64,000 bases of DNA from Marsupella aquatica (lineage: Eukaryota > Plantae > Marchantiophyta): positions 11,475,660-11,539,659 of the forward strand of contig OZ316893.1 of NCBI GenBank assembly GCA_973895155.1, read 5' to 3'. This document shows positions 37,074-48,003 of this stretch, one piece after another. The notes beneath the pieces were generated by a model that saw only the letters and a program-made list of their open reading frames with translations, was not told where the DNA came from and did no database searches. Within the stretch, counting starts at the first letter, position 1. Each line of letters opens with the position of its first letter. The translations under genes were made by a program, and so were the position numbers.

Positions 37074-38071
37074 GAGATATATGCTTGATGGGCCCCCTGG
37101 TGAACCTTTCTTACCTGATGGGCCCCTAGGGAACTTTTTTTACCAAGTAGGACCCCTCTTAATGATCAGTACACATGTTCTTGTGTGGTGCCTACACCTG
37201 TCCTTGTGTGGTGCCTACTATGTATGGTGACTCCAAGCAAACTGCATAGTTGAACCGTGCGGTCAACCTTGCATGGTCGACCGAGAAACCACGGAGATGA
37301 TTTGGGAGAAACCGCGAAAAGCGATTGCCGCTGCCGAATCTGCGATTTGAAGACAATATGCATTATGTCTTCGGATTCACTGGGTTAATGCCTGAAGACA
37401 CAATGGATTATGTCTTCGGGTTCAAATTTTTACCGTATCGTGGGGTAGTTATTAGGTATGTTTTTCATGTTGCGCACATGGGTTTTTCACGATGTTTTCA
37501 TGCACGACTGTCAGTGTCAGTGTGGGGTACCTCCAAATGTCCACAAAGAATATTCAAGTTCAATGTTCGGAATTTGCCTACTGCCGCCACAACAAAAATT
37601 GGCAAATGATTGACAAATGCGCTCAAAAAATGGTAATACTCCCCTATGTAATGCATACAAACAATTTCCAAAGAAGACAGACCCAAAGGTGTCGGGTACA
37701 CCCTAAACCCTAAACCTTGAAACACGGGAAAACATAATCCATTGAGTCTTCAGGCATTAACCCATTGAATCCGAAGACATAATGCATATTGTCTTCAAAT
37801 CATAGTTTCGACAGCGGCAGTCGCTTTTCGCGGTTTCTCCCGAATCATCTCCGTGGTTTCTCGGTCGACCATGCAAGGTTGACTGCACGGTTCAACTGTG
37901 CAGTTTGCTTGGAGTCACCATACATAGTAGGCACCACACAAGGACAAGTGTAGGCACCACACAAGAACAGGTGTACTGGTCATTAAGAGGGGTCCTACTT
38001 GGTAAAAAAAGTTCCCTAGGGGCCCATCAGGTAAGAAAGGTTCACCAGGGGGCCCATCAAGCATATATCTC
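37074..38071. mobile_element. Non-autonomous Mutator-like (MULE) element, 998 bp, with 340-bp TIRs
   Basis: 37074-37413 is the near-perfect reverse complement of 37732-38071 (ends GAGATATATGC...GCATATATCTC); flanked by a 9-bp TSD AGATAAAGG (37065-37073, 38072-38080). No transposase. Confidence 0.92.
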
Positions 38072-38350
38072 AGATAAAGGTCATTGGGAATTGAGTGTGA
38101 GTCTACATGTGGTTATCATGGGTAGATGGGTCTGACAAGAAAATCTAAGTAGACCCCACATGATTGCCCCATTCACTTAAAGTAAAAAGTATAGACAAAG
38201 TATATTACAAATTAAGTTGCGAGTTCAAAAGGAGTGATTTATAGGAAAAGTGAAAAAAAAGTCTACTAGGAGTAGATAAAAAAAAGTTTTTTTCTAATCT
38301 CTAAAAAGTATTTTTTCCAAGTTATAATAACATTCAATCCTAAATTCTTT

Positions 38351-38682
38351 GTTTTTGTCTTGAACGGAAATGGGGAGGAATTGAAATACAATTAGACTCC
38401 CCCCACCCCAATGTGACAGTTTTTCTGTAGGGAACCCAGACCAGGGTGAGCCCCAACGGATCTGACAGGGACCCGCACCAGGAAGGAGAGAGGATTACAT
38501 CAGGGCCACAAAGTGGGCAACCAGGGGCCAAGCAGATAATCAGAGCTCCAATCCACTACCCACAAAACCCATCCTAGCCACACACATATACCCTCCACAC
38601 CCCAGTGTGTGGAGGGGGGATTGAACCTGGCACCTCTCAGTTCCAAGCAAATCCCCTAGCCAATTGACCTAAGCCAATTGGT
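38351..38682 (-). mobile_element. tRNA-derived SINE
   Basis: Minus strand begins with A-box-like TGGCTTAGGTCAATTGGCTAG and B-box GGTTCAATCC and ends in an A-rich tail; flanked by a perfect 18-bp TSD ttcaatcctaaattcttt (38333-38350, 38683-38700). Confidence 0.85.
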
Positions 38683-39199
38683 TTCAATCCTAAATTCTTT
38701 ATTGCAATAACCTTATTGACCAAAGACACAATGGCCTTAAGAATAAAATGGCCCCAACAACTAAATGGCCAGAGCGATAAATGATTGTAAAAATAATGAA
38801 AATAGTTGTAAGAATGAAATGGTAATGACAAATGTGCAATGCAAGTTAGGGCAATGGGTTTGTATATATGTCATATTTCAAATCACATTATAAAAAACTA
38901 TCTCATCTCAAAGAGTTAGTGCAATCATTCTACAAAAGTGGAAAAGGGAGGAACAAACCAATACCATCAGATATATTTCAATGATTTTGACACCCTTGGT
39001 ATGAGAGAAAATGCATCACCTATGGAAGTGAATACCATGGATATTTTTGCTTCTAAAGTAGGTATTTACAGAATACATGTGCTGGCTAAATACTTTCAAG
39101 AATGACATGTGCATTACGTTGGTATCAGATTTTTTGGCTAAGGAGAAGATAAATTTTCATTTTTCTAGAGAGATCATTTATCTTTTGCTCCATGTTGTT

Positions 39200-40973
39200 T
39201 CTTCTTCTTTTTCTTAATCATGTTGGAAGGGGGAGGGAGGGTGCCAAAGAGCCAGGATAGGAGACTGGAAGGAGAGAAAGGTAGGGCACATTAGAGGAGA
39301 TTGAAGAGAAAAAGGAAAAAAAGTGAGTTTCTTTCCCTCCATGTAGCAGAGGGCGACCACACTTGACCCCGTAACACCCCAGCCGCCGCCCCATCTTGAG
39401 TTCACTCCCATGCTCTCACCCTCGCCCACAACATTGCTTCACAATAGCACCTTGGGACATGCTTTGCCTCAACATCTTTGCCTCGACTCGACAATTTTTC
39501 TCGTCTTCACATATTTTTTGTCTTCTTGGCATTATCTCCTCAGCAACTTTTATCATATTGACATGTTTTCTCTTCTCCTTGACATCCTTTTTCTCACCTC
39601 AATGTTCTTTTCAATCTCACGTCGACATATTTTTCTCACCTCGACATCTTTCCTCTCCATTTCACCTTTCCTCTCCTCAACATCTTTTATCACCTCAACA
39701 TCATTTTCTCACCTTGATAAATTTTCTCTTCTTGACATATTTTGTCCTTGGCATCTTTTACTCAGCTCAACATCATATTCTCATTTTCACATATTTTCTA
39801 TCATGGACATGATTTCCTCACTTTAATATCATTTTCTCACCTTGACATTTTTCTCTCATTAACGTTTTTCTCACCTCAACATCTTTTTCTCTCCTTGACA
39901 TCTCTTCCTCACCTCAACATCTTTTTCTCACCTAACATCTTCTGTGCAACGCACGGGCATTGGGCTATATATATTGTGCCAAAATTAACATGAGATTTTC
40001 ACACCCATAAACTATGACAAATATTACTATGGGTTTTCACCACAATTGTCTTACAAAAATTGACTTTTATCATCCTTGGAAGCAAATCAAAGAGGGGAAG
40101 AGGCAAGGAGAAAGGGGAAGGGGGGCACATGGATGGGAAAAGAGGGAGGGAGAGGCTTCATCTTGTCCCTTCCGGCCACGGGTAAGGGTGGAAAAAGTGT
40201 CAAGTTTATTTTCTCACCTCAAAATCTGTTGCTCTACTTTACATATTTTTCTTCTCAAAATCTTTTTCTCCCCTTTGCACACGTTTCTCTCCTCAACATC
40301 ATTTGTTCACCTAGACATATTTTTGCTCCTCAAATTTTTTCTCATCTCAACATCTATTTCTCTCCTCAACATCTTTTCTCTCCTGGACATATGATTCTCA
40401 CTTCAAGGACATCTTTTCTCTCTTTGACATCTTTTTCTCTCCTTGACTTCTCTCTCCTGGACATATGATTCTCACTTCAAGGACATTTGTTCTCTCTTTG
40501 ACATCTTTTTCTCTCCTCGACTTCTTTTATCACCTCGACATCTTTTCCTCACCTTGACATCTTTTCTCACCTTGACATCTTTTCGCTCCTTGATATCTTT
40601 TATCACCTTGACATCTTTTCTCTCCTCGATATCTTCTATCACCTTGACATCTTTTCTCTCCTGGATATTTTCGATCTATCACCTTGACATTTTTTCTTTC
40701 CTCGACATCTTTTATTACCTCGACAGATTTTCTCTCCTCGACATCTTTTATCACCTCGACATCTTTTCTGTCCTTGACATTTTTTTGCTCCTTGACATCT
40801 TTTATCACCTTGACATCTTTTATCTCCTCGACATCTTTTATCTCCTCGACATCTTCTATCACCTCGACATCTTTTGCTCACCTCAACAGTTTTTCTCTCC
40901 TCGACATCTTTTATCACCTCAACATCTTTTCTCTCCTCTACATCTTTCGTGCAACGCACAGGCATTGGGCTAG
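39200..40973 (+). mobile_element. Non-autonomous Helitron remnant with CT-rich minisatellites (5' boundary uncertain)
   Basis: Helitron-type 3' end: hairpin cgtgcaacgcac(a)g + gcattggg + CTAG|T at 40948-40974; a second degenerate end (gtgcaacgcacgggcattgggctat) at ~39943-39968. Confidence 0.7.
40205..40946. repeat. Minisatellite, ~18-20-bp unit (tcacctcgacatcttttc); a more degenerate array lies at ~39460-39941
   Basis: Dozens of cct(c/t)gacatctttt variants; explains the repetitive LDIF/RCQGD ORFs in the track. Confidence 0.92.
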
Positions 40974-42166
40974 TCATACATGAATGATTACTAGAGAAAT
41001 ACATAGACCTGGCTGAGCACCTATTTAGGGTCTGTTATCTCAGTCAAGTCCTTGCTTAAGTGTTACAGTGAGTAATTGAGAGTGTGCAAGCTATTCTCCC
41101 AACCTTTCTTGCATTGCTCTGGGAAGCGACATCTTTCGTATGCTTTCTAGAGTTACGCCTACTGGATTCAAGGCATTTCGTTGTGCTTGATATGACCATT
41201 GGTCACATACAACTTTGGACTACTTTAGCGTCGTCAGTCGAGCCTACTTTCGCCCTGGTAGTTTGTAGTGTAAAATGCGCGTGAGCTGTGTGGTAGAGAG
41301 TTTTCGACCTTCATCATGACGGATTGGTTTGATATGGTCTCTTCAGCAGCACACCTGTTATCTACTTATTAGTAGTGGAAGGTATGGACAGTGCAAGTTC
41401 TTTGAAGCTTACCTTACGTACAATTGCACAATCTGGTGCAGTGGAGGTTCGGTCTGTGGTGGAACAAAATTTGGGTTGAACTTCTTGATTCTTTACTTTC
41501 CAGCATCCATTTCCTCATGGAGTTATGTTATTGAAGTGGTTTTCCTCGTTAGAGTTACACTAAAGTGGCTGAAACCAGATGAGATGAGTCTACCTGAACT
41601 TTGATTCAAGTTCAGGGTGAGCTATTCTTTGACATCTACACGAATTCAAGTTCAGGGTGAGTTATTCTTTGACACCTACACAAACTCGCGGGTGTTCAAT
41701 ACCTAGGTGAATTGGACTGGTAGTCCTGGAAAGATGGTAATCAAAGGGGTCCTTCAAGCTGTCCATACCCATGTATTACTTGGGAAAAAACAATAGAATC
41801 AGTTCGCAAGATCTGCAAAACCACCTTTTGATGTACACTACTAATTGTCTATAAGCTCTAGTGCAAAGATAGCATTCCATGATTTTCTCAAGGAAACAAG
41901 TGTCAAGAAAATTGGAACAGGAAAGAAGCCTGCACGGCTCCTCTACCACGATTTACGGTACAATGTTCAAAGGCGGATCTTTGTGGAGAAAAGGTAAAAA
42001 ACTCCCTGGAATCAGAATTACTACAAATTTGACAAACTAGCAAAAAACCAATTTAGCCATACTCGAATGAATCTCCCGGACTTGTGCATCTGATTCCAGA
42101 AGTGATGTATGAAGCTATTGAATATATCTCTGCTTAAGACCCTGTGTTCCACCGGAGTGTTCCCAA

Positions 42167-45100
42167 TTACACATATGCAAATTTGCGTTCATCCAAAGTC
42201 TTCCGAGTTCGTGCCAATTCATCGATGTCATGGACAATTTTGAAAACAGCATCTGGTCGTCCCAGCTTGGCTGCATTTTGGGCCATTTCCTTGAACTCCG
42301 CAGCCTTTGGACCAAACCAATCAGCTACAATGGAAGCAATCTCTTGGGGCTTCTCACAGAATTTTCCTGCAGCATTCTCAACCACAAATGATACGTTTCC
42401 CACTTCCTGCATGTCAACCAAAGTCTATTCAGTTCCATAACTCGGTATTGCCAACCAAATTGGTTGGTCTCTGGCAAGTAAATTGTTTCATTTTATGGTA
42501 CTTGCTTCAAAACTAGAGCAGGATGTTCAAGTATACTGAAAGCAGCCACAGCAATCAGAGTACATATCTCGGGATGCCCATGCAACACAATTTAAGCTAG
42601 AAGTAAGTTCGTGAATTACCTGGCCGGCAATGTAGCTATTTAATATCATTGGTAACCCGCAGATCATGGCCTCAGCTATTGTTCCTGGTCCAGCCTGCAT
42701 CCAAACAGTTACTCAATGCCGATGCTCGTACTTATAATTACTTAATTCCATCTCCAGCAAGACTTATCCATACATTCGCAATATTGGACTACACGCATTT
42801 GGGTATATGCACGAAACCAAAGAGACCATTTAGAAAGAATATTTTAACTGCTCCACAATGACAGATTCTTAAGATACGTCTTAACAGAGTAAAATTCTTT
42901 ACTACGTGAAGGTTTAGCCCTGCTTTCCCCCAAAAAATCCAACAAAACAAATAAGCTCATGCTTGAATTTCGCATCAACGGGGCGCCACATCAATAGTGC
43001 CCTAGTTTTTTTAATCTGTAAAAAGGCAGAAATCTGATTGTACTTGAGATATTCAGGACGTGGAATTTTTCCGGTACCTTGGTTATAACACAATCACATG
43101 CCCCCATCCAGTCAGGCATGTTGGTCACAAACCCCTGAATCTGTTTAATGGACAAGATTCCAACCTTTGGCCATCAGTAAGATATTCATTAACAATTTGG
43201 AGAACCTTATTATCCATTTCTGAGTCTGTCCTACAACTACAAACAAGCGCACATAAACCGTAACCCACTAAACCCAAAAGGGCCACGGGAATCGAGAGAC
43301 AACCAGCAGACAAGGTCTGTGAAGCATCGTAAACAACTAGCACAAGGGGTGAGGATTTAAAGCAGGGATACCTTTACAGGTACAGTCCAATCAAAGGACT
43401 CCAGCTTGCTGACCAGCTTCTTGTTTCGCCCACAAATGACTACAAGCTGGCCTATGGGTTTTTTCGAGTCCTGATCGTATAGTGACTCCAGAAGAGCATG
43501 AGCGGTTGTCTCCACTGGACCCATTCCTTCCCCACCTCCCATAAGAAGAACCGCCGGCAGATCATCTACTAGTCCCAGTTCCTTCCGCAGCTGAGCCTGA
43601 CAAGTGGCAAAAGTGCTAAAATGCTCTCAGTTGCACATACTAATTAAAAAGTAATATTTCAGGAACAACCAAGTTATTTGGCGAGGAGAACAGTGGTCCG
43701 AGGTTCTTTTCAGAAGTTTCCAGACGAAAACACGGGGATCTGGTTCTCCTGAGGCTCTCGACACACTGGTAGGACACCTGCATGATGTTATCTATCTTCC
43801 ACCAGTTCTACGAGCAAAATCAAATTTTTGCGCCACAGAGGAAATTAATGCTCTGAATTAGGGCATAGTTTGTTTAATCTATACAATGGCTGCCTCTTTC
43901 CTTGAATTGATATTAAAAGCAACAAACGTAAATTCAGAGCATCTAATGCACAACTGTATAAGCATATCATCACATTGGAGTCGGCTTTCCTAGTCATAAT
44001 AGTCATAGTCACTCACACAAAGGGTTCCAAGGTTACGTAAGTCGACGAAGGGCCTGGATAGTCCCAATCCTCAGTACGTGCCATCTGAAACGACTAGTAA
44101 ACATCAATTCCAAAACGGAGCTATTTTACCTGAGAACGAAGAGACTGACTGAAGCCAGGTCTTATCGGTAGACCGTATACACGCAGCTGTGATGGACGTA
44201 AGCCAGCCTTGAGAGCGCGTCGCTCCACATCTTTGGTTGGACAGAAACATCTTGTGACTGATCTATGAAACCTGCGGGTGTCGCTTACAAAACGTACGGC
44301 TTTAGCAAGTATCGATGCCTTCTCATAGATAGAACATGTAACAACTGGACGGTACCAAACACTGCACAAAGATACTACAGACAGCTGCTACAATATGCAC
44401 CGGATAGTAGAAAAAGGTGAAAACACCATACCATGTGGGATGACAAGTACTGAGATCAGTGATAACGGTGGTGAAGGGAATCTTGCCCAAAAGTCCTTTT
44501 GCCCTTAATATTCGCAAGGGAACATGTTGCATAAGTGGATGTACGCTCACAATAACATCCGGTTGGTACTTCAGCAGCCCCTTAGTCACCTCTCTGACTT
44601 CCCATCAGCATTCCCACCAACTCAGGGTGTAAAAATTCAGTCCCAGAACATTACCGATTTAGCAACTGGAAACAAAAAAAGCAAGTACAGATCCCGTTTT
44701 TCCTCCACATCCTAGCTCAGACATGAGAAATGTCAACCTTTGAAACCGTCAGTTCCCCATTAGTGGACGAGAAATATTTATCATAGTCTTGAACAAATCT
44801 CAAACACAAGCCCGTCCAGGATGGTAGTACCGGGCAATGAAAGTCGACGTGGCAGCCATCTGAGACTGATGAATGAAGCGTGGGGCTGTGCTATGGTATG
44901 CAAGTTTCCAGAGCGCCTCATGCTTGACCATAAAACTGTATGTTTTTGGCACTTGATTGAACGGCCATGGGGTGTAGTCTTGCCATAAGTCGATGATAGT
45001 CACCTGAATCCCCAACAAGCGGCCAATATACCATAATCACTTCAGCTACAGTGGTGCATATTCGATCCGTCATTACATCGTACCAGAGGAAGCGTGGTGT

Positions 45101-46673
45101 ACTACTGTTCTTAGTTCCCGCTCTGGATTCATGCACAAACTATGAACAGATTGAGCCAGTAGATCAATAAACACCACTTCAAAAGGGAATCTGAGAACTC
45201 TATCTGCCATTCTCTATCAGTAAGGAGACAACCAAGTGAAATGGGAGTTTGCTCCCGAGGGATCCCCATTCGTGCTCTACAATTTTCTAATATAGGCAGA
45301 AGGATTGCCAATATCGTAGCAGAAGAGGAAGGACAAAAGATAGGGTAGGGCAGCAGCCCAACATGACGTAAAGAGACTTGAAATTCCGAAGCGGAAAAGG
45401 AATTCGAAACCCTTAAAAAATATACCGAATCCTACATGAAACAATTTCTGGACAACGGATCAGAAGAGTTACGACCGAAGTTGCAGTTTTCTTAGATTGA
45501 AACAGAGAAGACTTCAGAAAGAATGGACGTCATTTGAAAGCTCTTCACATGTTTCAAAAAACGAGCCTGAAGATCGGGAAGCAGAGACATAAATAATTCA
45601 TCACGAATTTAACAGACCAGCAACCGCTTTGCTTTGGTTGACCTTTAGGGCTAACACCTTAGCGAGAGAATGGGACAGAGTAATCACTCGCCTTATACTC
45701 GTCACCGAACTCGAGTTCGAAGGTCGCTTTTATAGCCTCAGCAGATGCACGATGCCCCCCACCAGTGTCACTCATTAGAATGAGAACTTTTTTGAACCTC
45801 CGCGGTTCCAGTTGTAAGGCTCCATCATCCTCCGTCACAAGACCTCCGTTTTCAAAATTTTGGCCCCTACTAATATCGTCCCTACCAAGCAAGGCTCCAC
45901 CAAATGGGACTCCTCCCAAAGGCACCCGTTCGGTTCCTCGTTTGATCAACCTATTTACCGTCTCTAAAAGCCTGGCTTGCCTGCTCCTTGCCCCTTCTAA
46001 CCCAGCTGTTACTGAAGCAGCAACGAGACACTTTTGCCCACCTAAAATCCCAATCTGCTTGCTCTTCCTCCCGCATGGATTCATAAGATTCGCCCGCCTG
46101 ATGCTAGAGCCATCTATCCACAACAAAAGCCCACGCGTGCGTTTAGCGGAGATGTTACTGAAGAGATGTCTACATAGAAGTAGACATTGCGTGATACGCC
46201 CAGCTAGAGCTCCCAAAATTACACGGTTAGCTATAATTACAGCTCGCCAACAATGGCCCGTGCAGTCAGGCCTTTACAATGCAACCAACAAAATTTGTAA
46301 CGACAGTAATGCATTATGCACAGAAGCCCTGAAGACGACCCATGCAAAAACCAGCGGGAGGGAGACATCTGAATGTGAATTGCCCGCAACAAAAGGTCCA
46401 AAGTTTCTCAACCCATCGATCTCGCTGCAGCTGCCATTAAAGCACAACGACTATTTCGGATACAAGAGAGCATAAAAGCACGAGGGAATCAAAGAAGGAA
46501 CGATTTTACACATAAGGTCCCACACAGAGCGAGGAGGAAGAAAGTAAAAACAGAAATGGAGACAAAAGCAGAGAAAATGCCTCACCGAAACCACCAGGAA
46601 GGACTGTAGCGACTGGGCCTAGGCAAGGCTTAGGGCCAGTGCCCTCCTTAAGGATCTCCTGCTCGAATCCCAT
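42167..46673 (-). CDS. MGD1: Monogalactosyldiacylglycerol synthase (type A, MGD1-like; GT28)
   Basis: [109 protein letters not shown]. Approximate exons: 46113-45692, 45003-44831, 44593-44432, 44271-44130, 43596-43372, 43140-43078, 42694-42620, 42406-42167. The start is uncertain: either the FKBP12-like exon 46673-46586 or the internal ATG at 46084. Confidence 0.93.
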
Positions 46674-46947
46674 GACGTTTACCAATTCGAGATGGGCACT
46701 TGCGGCAATCGGCTATTTCTCCTTCCTCCCTTGGGCCACGACAGCTGCTACGATTTCCGAAGAAAACGTCATCCCAACAACGCAAGATGGCACCCGAGAG
46801 CCAGAGGCCATGGCGTTGTATCGTCTAGCAGACGCTCTTCACTTCCATTTCAGACCCACAGTAGATCGATCCCTTCTCTCCTTTCTCGCTCTCTCGGGTC
46901 CTGCAGCTCCTGATCTGGAGATTACAAGTCAGAGCAACATTCAAACC
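46344..46947 (-). other. FKBP12-derived 5' cassette, copy 1 (leader + 88-nt exon 46673-46586 + intron start)
   Basis: Exon encodes [30 protein letters not shown] (19 of 29 residues identical to FKBP12 exon 1) and ends G|gtgag; collinear with 52345-52940. Confidence 0.9.
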
Positions 46948-47389
46948 TTCTCCCTACTCCTTTGTCCGGTTGGGTGGAGGTTGGGATAGCGTGGACCACG
47001 TCAGCGGATTTCCATTTGGCTGATTGTGAGAAAACTCCAACTGCGGCACTGCAGGTACTGCCGTACTGTACTATACACAGCGTCCCAGGCTTGGCATTGT
47101 TAACCACGGTATGACACTACAGTAGTGCTGACTTACGGTAGCCTAAACAGTACAGCAGGAGTGATTTACAGTAGCCTAAGCTGAAACACCAGTGCGTTAC
47201 AGCAGCCCCTTTATGAAGAAGAAGGAGAATGATACGTGAGTCAACATTATTTTAACTCCAAAGGAGCCAAAACCCATCCATTTGACACCCGAGTGGCCAA
47301 AACCCAAAAGGACACGAGAAGATAAGTTGGCTAGACCGGCGAAGAGGCAAAGAAAACGAAAGGAAGGAACGGAAGGTGACCACCGCACA

Positions 47390-47428
47390 GAGGAGAAGAG
47401 AGGAGGAGAGGAGAGGAGAGGAGAGGAG
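47390..47428. repeat. (GAGGA)n microsatellite in a 5' leader
   Basis: Directly visible pentamer run just before the ATG at 47440. Confidence 0.85.
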
Positions 47429-47439
47429 ACGCAGCAGCT

Positions 47440-48003
47440 ATGGCGTCGTGTTCAGCAGCAGCAACGATGCCGAGCGCGCAGACGAGTGGACGCAGCTTCA
47501 GCGGATTGAGGTCGGTGTGCCCATCCCGCAAAACTGCTTTAGAAAATGTGTCGTTCGTCAAACACCTCAGAAGCAACAACAGCAACAGCAGCCAAAGGAT
47601 ATTTGCCGAACCTCCAGACGGGAAACCAACAAGTCCCTTCACTCAAGTTGGATCGTCTAAGCCAACGGCTCCACCAAATCCTTTCAGGAAAGCTCCTTTA
47701 ATTCCGGCTGATTGGGAGAAAGCAGGAGCTAGACCAGCAGGTTCAGGGAAGAGAGTATTGGATGCTTTCAAGGAAGGAGAGAAGACGGGCACCACAACCA
47801 AGTTCGGGCAACCTATGGTACCTAAGAATATATTTGATGAAGTGAGGCGAACACCAGAGGAAATTGCCGCGGATGCCTTCAAGTTTGAGATAAGTCCTGG
47901 GCAGGTCTTCTTGGCTGGTTCATTTCTGGTAGTTATAGCGATTATGTTTGGCACCGTTTTCCTCGTATGGAAAGTGGGTGCCATACACTTCAATGAATAC
48001 TAG
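47440..48003 (+). CDS. Uncharacterised plastid-targeted protein with C-terminal TM helix (187 aa, single exon)
   Basis: Transit-peptide-like start MASCSAAATMPSAQTSGRSFSGLR; TM VFLAGSFLVVIAIMFGTVFLVW; C-terminus KVGAIHFNEY*. Confidence 0.8.
   Translation: MASCSAAATMPSAQTSGRSFSGLRSVCPSRKTALENVSFVKHLRSNNSNSSQRIFAEPPDGKPTSPFTQVGSSKPTAPPNPFRKAPLIPADWEKAGARPAGSGKRVLDAFKEGEKTGTTTKFGQPMVPKNIFDEVRRTPEEIAADAFKFEISPGQVFLAGSFLVVIAIMFGTVFLVWKVGAIHFNEY

Noticed and set aside
29230-37716. Telomere-like CCCTAAA doublets (~29231, ~34583, ~37701)
   Set aside because: Only about two units each; too short to indicate an interstitial telomere or healing site.
39396-41004. Long ORFs in the track with LDIF / RCQGD / KDVE repeats
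   Set aside because: By-products of translating the minisatellite.
45765-46475. 236-aa plus-strand ORF
   Set aside because: Antisense shadow of MGD1 exon 2; no independent motif.
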